A DNA stretch of 64,000 nt. Origin: Candidatus Kryptoniota bacterium. GTDB lineage: Bacteria; Bacteroidota; Ignavibacteria; Kryptoniales; JAKASW01. Below the pieces are notes generated by a model. The model did not search any database and was not told the DNA's origin. It saw only the letters and a program-made list of their open reading frames with translations. The translations under genes were made by a program, and so were the position numbers. Below are positions 8,670 through 16,496 of the stretch, in pieces; positions within the stretch are counted from its first letter, which is position 1; every line of letters starts with the position of its first letter. The DNA lies in contig JAHECO010000005.1 in the NCBI GenBank assembly GCA_024641705.1, forward strand, positions 12,770 to 76,769, written 5' to 3'.

Positions 8670-8867
8670 ATGACACACGACCCGGTATGCGGAATGCAGA
8701 TCGACGAAAAGAAGGCGTCGGGGAAGAGTGAACACGACGGTACCACTTACTACTTCTGCTCGCCCTCATGCAAGGCTGCTTTCGACAAGGAACCGTCAAA
8801 GTATGCCCAACGAAGTGGTCCTTCGGACAAGCCGAAGGAAAGCGGTGAGCACGGTCACCATCATTGA
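8670..8867 (+). CDS. YHS (TRASH-type) metal-binding domain protein with His-rich C-terminus
   Basis: 65 aa with a strong SD (AAGGAGATACACA ATG). The sequence DPVCGMQIDEKKASGKSEHDGTTYYFCSPSCKAAFDKEPSKY is the YHS pattern. The tail is GEHGHHH. Confidence 0.85.
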   Translation: MTHDPVCGMQIDEKKASGKSEHDGTTYYFCSPSCKAAFDKEPSKYAQRSGPSDKPKESGEHGHHH

Positions 8868-8878
8868 CGAAGAAAGGC

Positions 8879-8916
8879 AAAACGGAGACCGTTGTTCCGA
8901 TCACGGCCTCCGTTTT
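8879..8916 (+). terminator. intrinsic terminator-like hairpin after the first YHS gene
   Basis: AAAACGGAG(8879-8887) pairs perfectly with CTCCGTTTT(8908-8916). An inner CCGT/ACGG extension follows a 1x1 mismatch, and the loop is about 10 nt. An A-tract lies 5' and a T-tract 3'. Confidence 0.55.
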
Positions 8917-9238
8917 CCGCTCCCGGTACAGGAGGAATGTGGTGCACGGATCGTATGATTAAGGGCCCCGGTCAGTGGCGGGTGTCAATTCCACGATTTC
9001 TAATGTTTACCCGCCAGGGAGAGCCGGCGTCATTGTAGGTTGAAAAGGAAGGGTCGGAGTGTGAACTTACAAAAGTCATTGAGATATAAGGTGAACGCCG
9101 TGACGGACGCGCGCACCGGTAGAGAGAGAAACGATTGCAATCACGATAAAGGCATAAACAGGGGTCACCTCTCGAAATACTAAGGAAGTGATATGCGTGG
9201 AGTGAGATCTCCAAGGAAGAATTTGAAGGAGTATAAAA

Positions 9239-11899
9239 ATGCCAAAAGATCCATTATGTGGAATGGCAGTCGATGAATCGACCGAGTTTCACTCTGAACG
9301 TGACGGAGAGAAGTTCTATTTCTGTTCGCCGGCCTGCAAGTCGAAATTCGATGAATCGCCGGATAAATACGCCGGTGCGGTACCCGGGAACGGAGCTACA
9401 AGCACATCGCACAGAGATGGGACTCAAAACCTTAAGCTCTCAATCATTGGGATGGATTGCGTGACGTGCGCCGTAAGCATAGAAAAGCAGTTGGGTGCCA
9501 TGGACGGCGTGAAGAAGATCAATGTCAACCTGACGACCGAGAATGCTTTCGTCGAGTACGACCCGGCAAAGGTCAACGGGAAACAAATCGCAGACTCCAT
9601 CGGAGCAGCCGGGTACCGCGTGGGAAAGGCGACACTGAATCTTGGCATCGGCGGAATGTATTGCGGCTCTTGCGTGACGAAAATTGAGGAGGGCCTTGCC
9701 AGGACGCCGGGAGTCCTTTCCGCAAGCGTGGACCTTGCCTCGGAATCTGCCGTGATAGACTATGTCCCGGCCACTGTACAGATGAAAGGGATCAAAGAGG
9801 TCATCGAGAAGCTCGGCTACAGGGTATTCGACTCGGCGCCGCCAAGAGACGGCGTGGATAGACCGGGAGAGATGGACGAGGCGCAAAAAGCCCGATTAGA
9901 AGAATACCGGACGCTCATGCGCAAGTTCATCTTCGCGGCGAGTGTGGGAGCCCCGATAATAATTTTCTCTTACGCGAAGCTGTTGGGACTGCCGGCGGAC
10001 TTCTATGAAGGGACCGAGACGGCGCGTTATATAGGCATAGCGATGGGCCTGCTAACGCTCCCGGTCATGTTCTGGTCTGGATCACAGTTCTTTACCGGCG
10101 CTTGGGCTGCGCTTAAGAGCCGCTCGGCAAATATGCACACACTCATCTCGACCGGCATCTCGGCGGCGTGGATCTACTCCACCATCGCGGTCCTGTTCCC
10201 ACAAATATTTCCTAAGCAGGCATTGGCCGGACAGTTCTACGACACGGTAACAGTGGTCGTCGCACTTGTTGTCCTCGGCATGGCTCTGGAAATACGCGCG
10301 AAGGGAAAGAGCTCCGAGGCGATCAAGAAGCTGATCGGTTTGCAGCCAAAGACGGCCCGAGTTGTCAGAGACGGAAAGGAAATAGACATTCCCGTCGAAG
10401 AGGTGGTGCTTGACGAAATAGTTGTCGTGCGCCCCGGCGAGAAGGTATCGGTAGACGGTGTGCTCGTCGAGGGCTCCTCTTCGCTCGATGAATCGATGAT
10501 AACCGGCGAGTCTATCCCGGTCGAGAAACAGGCGGGGGACGAAGTCATCGGCGGGACGATAAACAAGACCGGCTCGTTCAAATTCAAGGCGACCAAAGTC
10601 GGCAAGGACACCGCGCTCGCACAGATAATCGAGATGGTACAGCAGGCTCAGAGCTCGAAGGCTCCCATACAGAGAGTCGTGGACAAGGTTGCTGGCTACT
10701 TCTCGCCTGCCGTAATGATAATTGCGGTGCTCGCTTTCATAATCTGGTTTGATTTCGGACCGCAGCCCGCTCTGATCTATGCGCTCATCGTTTTCGTTAC
10801 CACAATGGTCATCGCATGCCCGTGTGCCCTCGGCATCGCCACGCCGATCTCTCTCATGGTCGGTGTCGGTAAGGGAGCTGAGAACGGCATACTCATCAAA
10901 AGCGGCCAGGCACTGGAGATGGCGCAGAAGATAAATTCTATTGTTCTCGACAAGACCGGCACCATCACTGTTGGCAAACCATCCCTCACCGATGTTGTCG
11001 CAAGTAACGGAATGAGCGAGAACGACATCCTTCATTTTGCTGCATCTGTTGAGAAAGGTTCCGAGCATCCACTCGGCGAAGCCATAATAAGAGATGCAAC
11101 CGAGCGCGGCATTCCCGTGACCGACTCGAGTAAATTCAATGCGATACCGGGCCATGGCGTGGAAGCCGTGGTCGATGGGCAAACCGTTCTCCTCGGTAAC
11201 TCAAGACTCATGAAGGATCGGCATGTCGAGTTGGCTAATGTTCAGGAGAAGAGCAATGACCTGGCTGCAAACGGGAAGACGCCGATGTTTGTAGCCGTGG
11301 ATGGAAAAGTCGCCGGTATTGTTGCCGTGGCGGACACGGTCAAAGAGGATTCCAAAGAGGCAATCTTACACCTGAAATCGATGGGCCTCGAAGTCGTTAT
11401 GCTCACCGGCGACAACAGGGGCACGGCCGAGGCAATTGCACGTCAGGTCGGAATCGACAGAGTCCTGGCGGAAGTCCTTCCTGAAGAGAAAGCCTTTAAC
11501 GTGCAGAAGCTCCAACAGGAGGGAAAGAAAATCGCTATGGTGGGCGACGGGATAAACGACGCTCCGGCACTGGCTCAGGCAGACATCGGGCTTGCGATCG
11601 GGACGGGCACGGACGTGGCGATCGAAGCTTCGGACATAACGCTTATCAACGGATCGTTGAAGGGAGTAGTGTCTGCCGTGGAACTCTCCAGGGCGACCAT
11701 GAAGAATATCCGGCAGAACTTATTCGGCGCGTTCTTTTACAACGCACTCGGGATCCCGATCGCGGCAGGACTGCTTTACCCCTTCTTCGGTGTCTTGCTT
11801 TCGCCGATGATTGCCGGAGCCGCGATGGCATTCAGTTCGGTAACCGTGGTAACAAACGCAAACAGGCTTCGCCGGTTTGTCCCGGGAAAAGAACACTGA
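9239..11899 (+). CDS. copA: copper-translocating P1B-type ATPase with N-terminal YHS domain and two HMA domains
   Basis: 886 aa with SD GAAGGAG. The N-terminus [14 protein letters not shown]...[18 protein letters not shown] is a YHS domain. Other motifs are [12 protein letters not shown] and [12 protein letters not shown] (HMA), TGES, CPC ([11 protein letters not shown]), DKTGT, SEHPLG and GDGINDAP. Confidence 0.95.
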   Translation: MPKDPLCGMAVDESTEFHSERDGEKFYFCSPACKSKFDESPDKYAGAVPGNGATSTSHRDGTQNLKLSIIGMDCVTCAVSIEKQLGAMDGVKKINVNLTTENAFVEYDPAKVNGKQIADSIGAAGYRVGKATLNLGIGGMYCGSCVTKIEEGLARTPGVLSASVDLASESAVIDYVPATVQMKGIKEVIEKLGYRVFDSAPPRDGVDRPGEMDEAQKARLEEYRTLMRKFIFAASVGAPIIIFSYAKLLGLPADFYEGTETARYIGIAMGLLTLPVMFWSGSQFFTGAWAALKSRSANMHTLISTGISAAWIYSTIAVLFPQIFPKQALAGQFYDTVTVVVALVVLGMALEIRAKGKSSEAIKKLIGLQPKTARVVRDGKEIDIPVEEVVLDEIVVVRPGEKVSVDGVLVEGSSSLDESMITGESIPVEKQAGDEVIGGTINKTGSFKFKATKVGKDTALAQIIEMVQQAQSSKAPIQRVVDKVAGYFSPAVMIIAVLAFIIWFDFGPQPALIYALIVFVTTMVIACPCALGIATPISLMVGVGKGAENGILIKSGQALEMAQKINSIVLDKTGTITVGKPSLTDVVASNGMSENDILHFAASVEKGSEHPLGEAIIRDATERGIPVTDSSKFNAIPGHGVEAVVDGQTVLLGNSRLMKDRHVELANVQEKSNDLAANGKTPMFVAVDGKVAGIVAVADTVKEDSKEAILHLKSMGLEVVMLTGDNRGTAEAIARQVGIDRVLAEVLPEEKAFNVQKLQQEGKKIAMVGDGINDAPALAQADIGLAIGTGTDVAIEASDITLINGSLKGVVSAVELSRATMKNIRQNLFGAFFYNALGIPIAAGLLYPFFGVLLSPMIAGAAMAFSSVTVVTNANRLRRFVPGKEH

Positions 11900-11987
11900 T
11901 GACACGGAACCTGCGGATTGCCGCGGATATGTCACAGTAATCGGGCTAATTAATCCGTGTTCCATTTTTGAAAATGGAGATAAGAAA

Positions 11988-12365
11988 ATGTTAACAGCAC
12001 AAATAATCGTAACGCTAGCGGGACTCGGCTTGATAGTATTGATCGCATGGTTCTTCTGGTTCTCTGAACATAAGGCGACGGTGGTCGGTACGTCTTCCTC
12101 AGGAGTACAGGAGGCCTTCATCAAAGTGAAGGGCGGTTATTCCCCGGACGTCATTGTCGTCGAAGCCGGGAAGCCTGTCAGGCTCAATTTCAACCGGGAG
12201 GAGACGGCGGTCTGCTCGGAGCAGGTGTTGTTCCCTGATTTCGATAAGCAGGCGATCCTTACGCCTTTCAAAACCGTGACGCTGGAGATTACGCCGGACA
12301 AACCGGGCGAATACGGTTTCCAATGCGGGATGGGCATGCTTCACGGGAAGCTTATCGTGAGATAA
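11988..12365 (+). CDS. membrane-anchored cupredoxin-like domain protein
   Basis: The track ORF 11877..12365 overlaps copA, so I place the start at ATG 11988 after GGAGATAAGAAA. It has an N-terminal TM helix (IIVTLAGLGLIVLIAWFFWF), then a cupredoxin_1-like domain ending GEYGFQCGMGMLHGKLIV. This type is commonly found next to copA. Confidence 0.75.
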   Translation: MLTAQIIVTLAGLGLIVLIAWFFWFSEHKATVVGTSSSGVQEAFIKVKGGYSPDVIVVEAGKPVRLNFNREETAVCSEQVLFPDFDKQAILTPFKTVTLEITPDKPGEYGFQCGMGMLHGKLIVR

Positions 12366-12470
12366 GCACGCGGTCCTGCAGGAGAAGGGAGTCTGAGAGT
12401 GCGTGGAACGTAATCAGGAAAATTATTTGTCCGCATCTGTCTTCATAATATTGGCACGGGAGGAAAAAGC

Positions 12471-12641
12471 ATGATGGGGGGCGGAGATTTGATGGGATAC
12501 GGGATACTGGGGGAAGAAGCCATCGGTGCGCGAATCGACATGGCTGCCGCCGGGGGATGGATGATGAACGGGAAGAAACGAAAAATTGTTGTCAAAACTA
12601 GAACCTCCGGGAGGTTCTCAAAAGAAGAAAGGAGCAACTAA
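12471..12641 (+). CDS. candidate 56-aa Met/Gly-rich micro-protein (not in the ORF track)
   Basis: ATG 12471 is preceded by GGGAGGAAAAAGC. My translation is MMGGGDLMGYGILGEEAIGARIDMAAAGGWMMNGKKRKIVVKTRTSGRFSKEERSN. The TAA at 12639-12641 lies 1 nt before the ATG of the next YHS gene. The region is open in several frames, so coding status is uncertain. Confidence 0.3.
   Translation: MMGGGDLMGYGILGEEAIGARIDMAAAGGWMMNGKKRKIVVKTRTSGRFSKEERSN
12601..12617 (+). other. perfect 7-bp hairpin GAACCTC-CGG-GAGGTTC (CCUCC paired with GGAGG) just upstream of the YHS-2 ribosome-binding site
   Basis: Read directly from the sequence. It lies 10 nt upstream of the AAAGGAG SD that serves ATG 12643. Confidence 0.5.
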
Positions 12642-12642
12642 A

Positions 12643-12819
12643 ATGGCAAAGGACCTCGTATGTGGAATGGAATTGGACGAAAAGAAAGCAGGTGCGAAGA
12701 GTGAATACAAAGGGGAGACCTACTACTTCTGCGCCCAGGGATGCAAGGTCGCCTTCGACAAGGAGCCTGAGAAATACCTCGGCAAAACGCAGGCCGGGGC
12801 GCATGAGCACAAGCACTGA
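12643..12819 (+). CDS. YHS (TRASH-type) metal-binding domain protein, second standalone copy
   Basis: The start is set at ATG 12643 (SD AAAGGAGCAACTAAA) rather than the track's TTG 12586. The sequence MAKDLVCGMELDEKKAGAKSEYKGETYYFCAQGCKVAFDKEPEKY is the YHS pattern. The tail is His-rich (GAHEHKH). Confidence 0.85.
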   Translation: MAKDLVCGMELDEKKAGAKSEYKGETYYFCAQGCKVAFDKEPEKYLGKTQAGAHEHKH

Positions 12820-12848
12820 TTCACGGCCAACCGACCGGACCCCGAATT

Positions 12849-13055
12849 ATGGACATAACTACAAAGGCAATACTTACCTGCCCGGTCTGCGGCACGGCGC
12901 AGGAAGCCGAGATGCCGTTAAATGCCTGCCAGCACTTCTTTATCTGCGGCGGATGCAAGACTCTACTCAAGCCGAAGGAAGGGGACTGTTGCGTCTTCTG
13001 TTCGTACGCGGACGTGAAATGCCCGCCGAAACAGGTCGAGGCCGCACAAGATTGA
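12849..13055 (+). CDS. GDCCVxC domain-containing protein (Cys form of a family that also has selenoprotein members)
   Basis: 68 aa reading LTCPVCGTAQEAEMPLNACQHFFICGGCKTLLKPKEGDCCVFCSYADVKCPPKQ. It contains the family-defining GDCCVFC motif plus a CxxC pair and a CPP motif. I recall the family name from NCBI protein-family naming. Confidence 0.75.
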   Translation: MDITTKAILTCPVCGTAQEAEMPLNACQHFFICGGCKTLLKPKEGDCCVFCSYADVKCPPKQVEAAQD

Positions 13056-13175
13056 GACGGACGGAGAGGAATCTGGCGCGGGAATTTTCATCGCAACGCG
13101 ACCGTGAGCCACGCAAATGGCGCCTTTCCTTGCTCCTCGGAATGAAGTAAATTCCCCCGAGTCAGGAGGGCAATC

Positions 13176-13877
13176 ATGGAAGAGAGTAAACCGGGTCCGC
13201 CGCTGTCACGTGGGCGATTGACTGCAATGGCGGCCACGATGTTTTTCATAGGCGCGGTTCTGGTAGCCGCGGTATTGTTCGTTTCTGCCGGGAGCCTGCG
13301 TTACTGGAATGCCTGGCTCTATCTGGCGGCGCTGCTTATTCCGATGTTGTTCGCGCTTTCGTACTTGCTGATCAAGGATCCCCTCCTTCTCGAGAAGCGC
13401 ATGAGACTGAGGGAAAAGGAAAAGCGGCAGAAGAGGTACGCGGTAATTTCGCCGGTCTTTTTCGTGATAGCGTTCGCCGTTCCCGGACTGGATTACCGCT
13501 ATGATTGGTCGGATGTTCCGAACTGGCTGGTTGCGGTATCCACTGTATTGATGGTTTCCGGCTATGCGATGTTCATGATGGCGATGAGGCAGAACAGTTA
13601 TGCGTCGCGGGTCATAGAGATACAGGAAGATCAGAGACTTATCGACACCGGTCTCTATTCGTTTGTGCGACATCCCATGTACCTCGCCGCCATCATTCTT
13701 TATCTATTTTCTCCGCTTGTCCTCGGATCGTTCTACGGTCTGATCCCGATGGCTTTGCTCCCGGTCATTCTCGCGTACAGAATAAAGAATGAAGAAGAAG
13801 TCCTTCTAAGGGGACTGAAAGGGTATGAAGAATATATGCGACGGGTAAAGTTTCGCCTTCTGCCGCATGTCTGGTGA
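13176..13877 (+). CDS. isoprenylcysteine carboxyl methyltransferase (ICMT/PEMT) family membrane protein, CzcN-like
   Basis: 233 aa with SD AGGAGG and multiple TM helices. The C-terminal pattern LIDTGLYSFVRHPMYLAAIILYLFSPLVLGS...NEEEVLL..GYEEY is typical of the ICMT/PEMT family. Confidence 0.8.
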   Translation: MEESKPGPPLSRGRLTAMAATMFFIGAVLVAAVLFVSAGSLRYWNAWLYLAALLIPMLFALSYLLIKDPLLLEKRMRLREKEKRQKRYAVISPVFFVIAFAVPGLDYRYDWSDVPNWLVAVSTVLMVSGYAMFMMAMRQNSYASRVIEIQEDQRLIDTGLYSFVRHPMYLAAIILYLFSPLVLGSFYGLIPMALLPVILAYRIKNEEEVLLRGLKGYEEYMRRVKFRLLPHVW

Positions 13878-13952
13878 AGAGGGCGTAATCCAAGCCGGCC
13901 TCGGCGATTGCGACGGAACTAAATGCGCGCGGAAGTCCTTGGTTATTATGCT

Positions 13953-14501
13953 ATGAAGCCTTACGTCGCGCTGTTGAGGGGCGTGAATGTCAGTGGAAAG
14001 AGGATCGTTCCGATGTCCAGACTGAAGAGGATTCTCCTGGATGCCGGATTCCATGATGTTACGACGTTTCTCAATAGCGGGAACGTCGTGTTTAGGGCGT
14101 GGGACGCCGATTCTACACGGGCAGTCGCACTCATCGAGGAGGTAATAGAAGACGAATTCGGTTTTCATGTGAAAGTTCTGGTCTTGAGCATCCGGGAGGT
14201 TCGGCAAATCCTTGGCAAGTGTCCTTTCGTGGAAGGCACATCCGGGAAGTCGGGGAAGGTATACGTCACGTTCCTGTCAAGCGTCCCGCGCCCTGCGGCG
14301 GTCGCAAAACTGAGGCTGGTCTCTGACGAAACCGATGAGATAGCAATATCCGGGAAGGCGGTTTATCTGCTCGCAAGAAGAGGGTATGCATCGACCACTT
14401 TCAACAACAACTTCATTGAGAGGATACTGCAAGTTGAGGCTACGACAAGGAACACCAACACTTTGAGGAAGATTGTCGAACTGGGGTTGGGCCCCCAATG
14501 A
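13953..14501 (+). CDS. DUF1697 domain-containing protein
   Basis: MKPYVALLRGVNVSGKRIVPMSRLKRILLDAGFHDVTTFLNSGNVVF is the family N-terminal pattern. The track start (13923) adds 10 aa, so the start is ambiguous. Confidence 0.75.
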   Translation: MKPYVALLRGVNVSGKRIVPMSRLKRILLDAGFHDVTTFLNSGNVVFRAWDADSTRAVALIEEVIEDEFGFHVKVLVLSIREVRQILGKCPFVEGTSGKSGKVYVTFLSSVPRPAAVAKLRLVSDETDEIAISGKAVYLLARRGYASTTFNNNFIERILQVEATTRNTNTLRKIVELGLGPQ

Positions 14502-14709
14502 ACCGTGGTGGGTTGCTTTTTCCCACCGAATACACGCTCGGCCTTGCCGACGGTCCACCCCGGGGTAGTCAAATTCATCCTTGCCAGCCTGAAAGAGCCT
14601 GTCTCGCCGTGCAGCTCAGTTCGAAGTCAGGTTCGGTGACGAACGTCAACAGGCAAATTGCATCTTTTCGTTCGTGGGGCTAATTTATATCGGTCTTTAA
14701 GGAGGTTCG

Positions 14710-15387
14710 ATGGTTTCTTTAATACTAGTGATGCTGATAAGCTACTTGGTCGGATCGATCCCGACAAGTATCATTGTTACCAGGATCCTGAAAGGGATCG
14801 ACATACGAAACTACGGCAGCGGCAATGCCGGAGGAACGAATGTCATCAGGGTAATAGGGTGGGGCCCCGGGGTGTTCGTCATAATCCTTGATGCGTTCAA
14901 AGGCTTCTTCGCAGCGGTAGTGCTGTCGCGCCTCTTCTACGGTAATTTCCCTCTTGCTAATGCGACCCCGTTCTCAGATTTCACCGTTGTCCAGATCATC
15001 GCGGGAATAAGTGCGATACTTGGACACACTTGGACCGTGTTCGCAGGGTTCAAGGGAGGGAAAGGAATCGCGACCGCAGGCGGTATGCTGCTCGGCATCG
15101 CTCCGATCGAGGTTGCAATTGCCGTCGGTGTTTTCGCCGTTGTCGTCGCCAGTTCCAGGTACGTCTCTCTTGGTTCGGTCAGTGCGGCTATCGCGTTCCC
15201 GGTGGCAATGTTCGTGCGCGCGAACGTCTTCGATGTGACTACCCATTATTACCACTCGATGATCTTCTTCAGCATTTTCATTTCAAGCTTCCTGATATAC
15301 AACCACCGGGCAAACATACAGCGCCTCCTGAAGGGCCAGGAGCATCGCCTGGAGAAGCTAAGATTTTTTCACAGGTCTAAGACCTAG
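14710..15387 (+). CDS. plsY: glycerol-3-phosphate acyltransferase PlsY
   Basis: 225 aa with SD AAGGAGG. The pattern YLVGSIPTSIIV...GSGNAGGTNVIR...DAFKG is the PlsY signature. Confidence 0.92.
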   Translation: MVSLILVMLISYLVGSIPTSIIVTRILKGIDIRNYGSGNAGGTNVIRVIGWGPGVFVIILDAFKGFFAAVVLSRLFYGNFPLANATPFSDFTVVQIIAGISAILGHTWTVFAGFKGGKGIATAGGMLLGIAPIEVAIAVGVFAVVVASSRYVSLGSVSAAIAFPVAMFVRANVFDVTTHYYHSMIFFSIFISSFLIYNHRANIQRLLKGQEHRLEKLRFFHRSKT

Positions 15388-15402
15388 ACCGTCTTTTATT
15401 CG

Positions 15403-16401
15403 ATGAATGTTACCGTACTCGGCGCCGGCGGATGGGGAACGGCGTTATCACTTCTTCTCAACGACAACGGGGCATCGGTAACTCTTTGGGCCTACAAAGA
15501 AGAATATGCGGAAGAGCTGACGCGCGTCCGCGAAAACAAGACCTACCTCCACGGCGTATCCATTCCCAAAAGCATTGGCATCACTTCCGATATAGATGCG
15601 TCAATCGATTCCGCTGACGTCGTCGTGGCGTCGATTCCTTCGCAGTACATGAGGGCTCAGCTTGACAGGATCTCCGGCCATGATTTCAACAGGAAGATAT
15701 TCGTAAATACGGCGAAAGGGATAGAGGCAGCCACGCTCTGCACTATGTCGGAAGTGGTGGCGGAGTCCCTTGAGAAATGTCCGAGGGAAAACTACGTCGT
15801 TCTCTCCGGTCCGAGTCACGCGGAGGAAGTTAGCCGGCGGATGCCCACCGCAATTGTGGCGGCTTCCCGCCACAGGAAAAGCGCGGAACTCGTGCAGAAG
15901 CTCTTTATGAACAGGTACTTCCGTGTATATCTCAACCGCGACGTGAAGGGGGTCGAACTTTGCGGCTCGTTCAAAAATGTGATCGCACTGGCGGCAGGCA
16001 TGAGCGACGGCGCGGGGTACGGGGACAACACCAAGGCGGCCCTGATGACTCGTGGAATGGTCGAGATAACGAGACTGGGTGAAGAGCTGGGCGCTCACCA
16101 TAGAACATTCTCAGGTCTGGCCGGCATGGGGGACCTGATAGTCACGTGCATGAGCCGCTACAGCCGCAACCGGTTTGTCGGCGAGCAGGTGGCAGCGGGA
16201 AGAAAACTCGACGAAGTCCTCGATGAAATCAAGATGGTGGCGGAGGGTGTCCCGACGGCGCGCGCTGCACATCAGCTCGCAATAAAGTATCGGGTCGAGA
16301 TGCCGATAATGGAGCAGGTTCACAAGGTCCTTTTCGAAGGCAAAGACCCGCAGAAGGCCGTCGGGGATCTGATGGGCAGACCGGGGAAGGATGAATATTG
16401 A
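15403..16401 (+). CDS. gpsA: NAD(P)H-dependent glycerol-3-phosphate dehydrogenase
   Basis: 332 aa with VLGAGGWGTALS (Rossmann fold), NTAKGIE and GLAGMGDLIVTC motifs. It is the classic plsY-gpsA neighbour. Confidence 0.93.
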   Translation: MNVTVLGAGGWGTALSLLLNDNGASVTLWAYKEEYAEELTRVRENKTYLHGVSIPKSIGITSDIDASIDSADVVVASIPSQYMRAQLDRISGHDFNRKIFVNTAKGIEAATLCTMSEVVAESLEKCPRENYVVLSGPSHAEEVSRRMPTAIVAASRHRKSAELVQKLFMNRYFRVYLNRDVKGVELCGSFKNVIALAAGMSDGAGYGDNTKAALMTRGMVEITRLGEELGAHHRTFSGLAGMGDLIVTCMSRYSRNRFVGEQVAAGRKLDEVLDEIKMVAEGVPTARAAHQLAIKYRVEMPIMEQVHKVLFEGKDPQKAVGDLMGRPGKDEY

Positions 16402-16496
16402 ATTATGAGAAGGCTCAAGGTCAAAGGTGAAAGGTTAAGAGGAAGAGAGGCGAAGAGAAGTAGTGGCTCGGACGAAGGGGAATAGCGGAGGCGAAG

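Noticed and set aside
8972-9214. An 80-aa minus-strand ORF in the copA leader, and a 33-codon plus-strand ORF at about 8932
   Set aside because: There is no SD at workable spacing, and the composition is unremarkable. The minus ORF would be an isolated gene antisense to the island. The region is better treated as non-coding leader.
12849-13055. Possible selenocysteine (in-frame TGA plus SECIS) in the GDCCVxC gene
   Set aside because: The ORF is uninterrupted and the motif is spelled with Cys codons (GDCCVFC), so this is the Cys form. No in-frame TGA or downstream hairpin requirement is present.
15385-15405. plsY and gpsA are in the same frame, separated only by TAG plus five codons, suggesting a possible read-through fusion
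   Set aside because: Same-frame adjacency has a one-in-three chance expectation. gpsA has its own ATG and a normal N-terminal Rossmann start, and there is no read-through signal.
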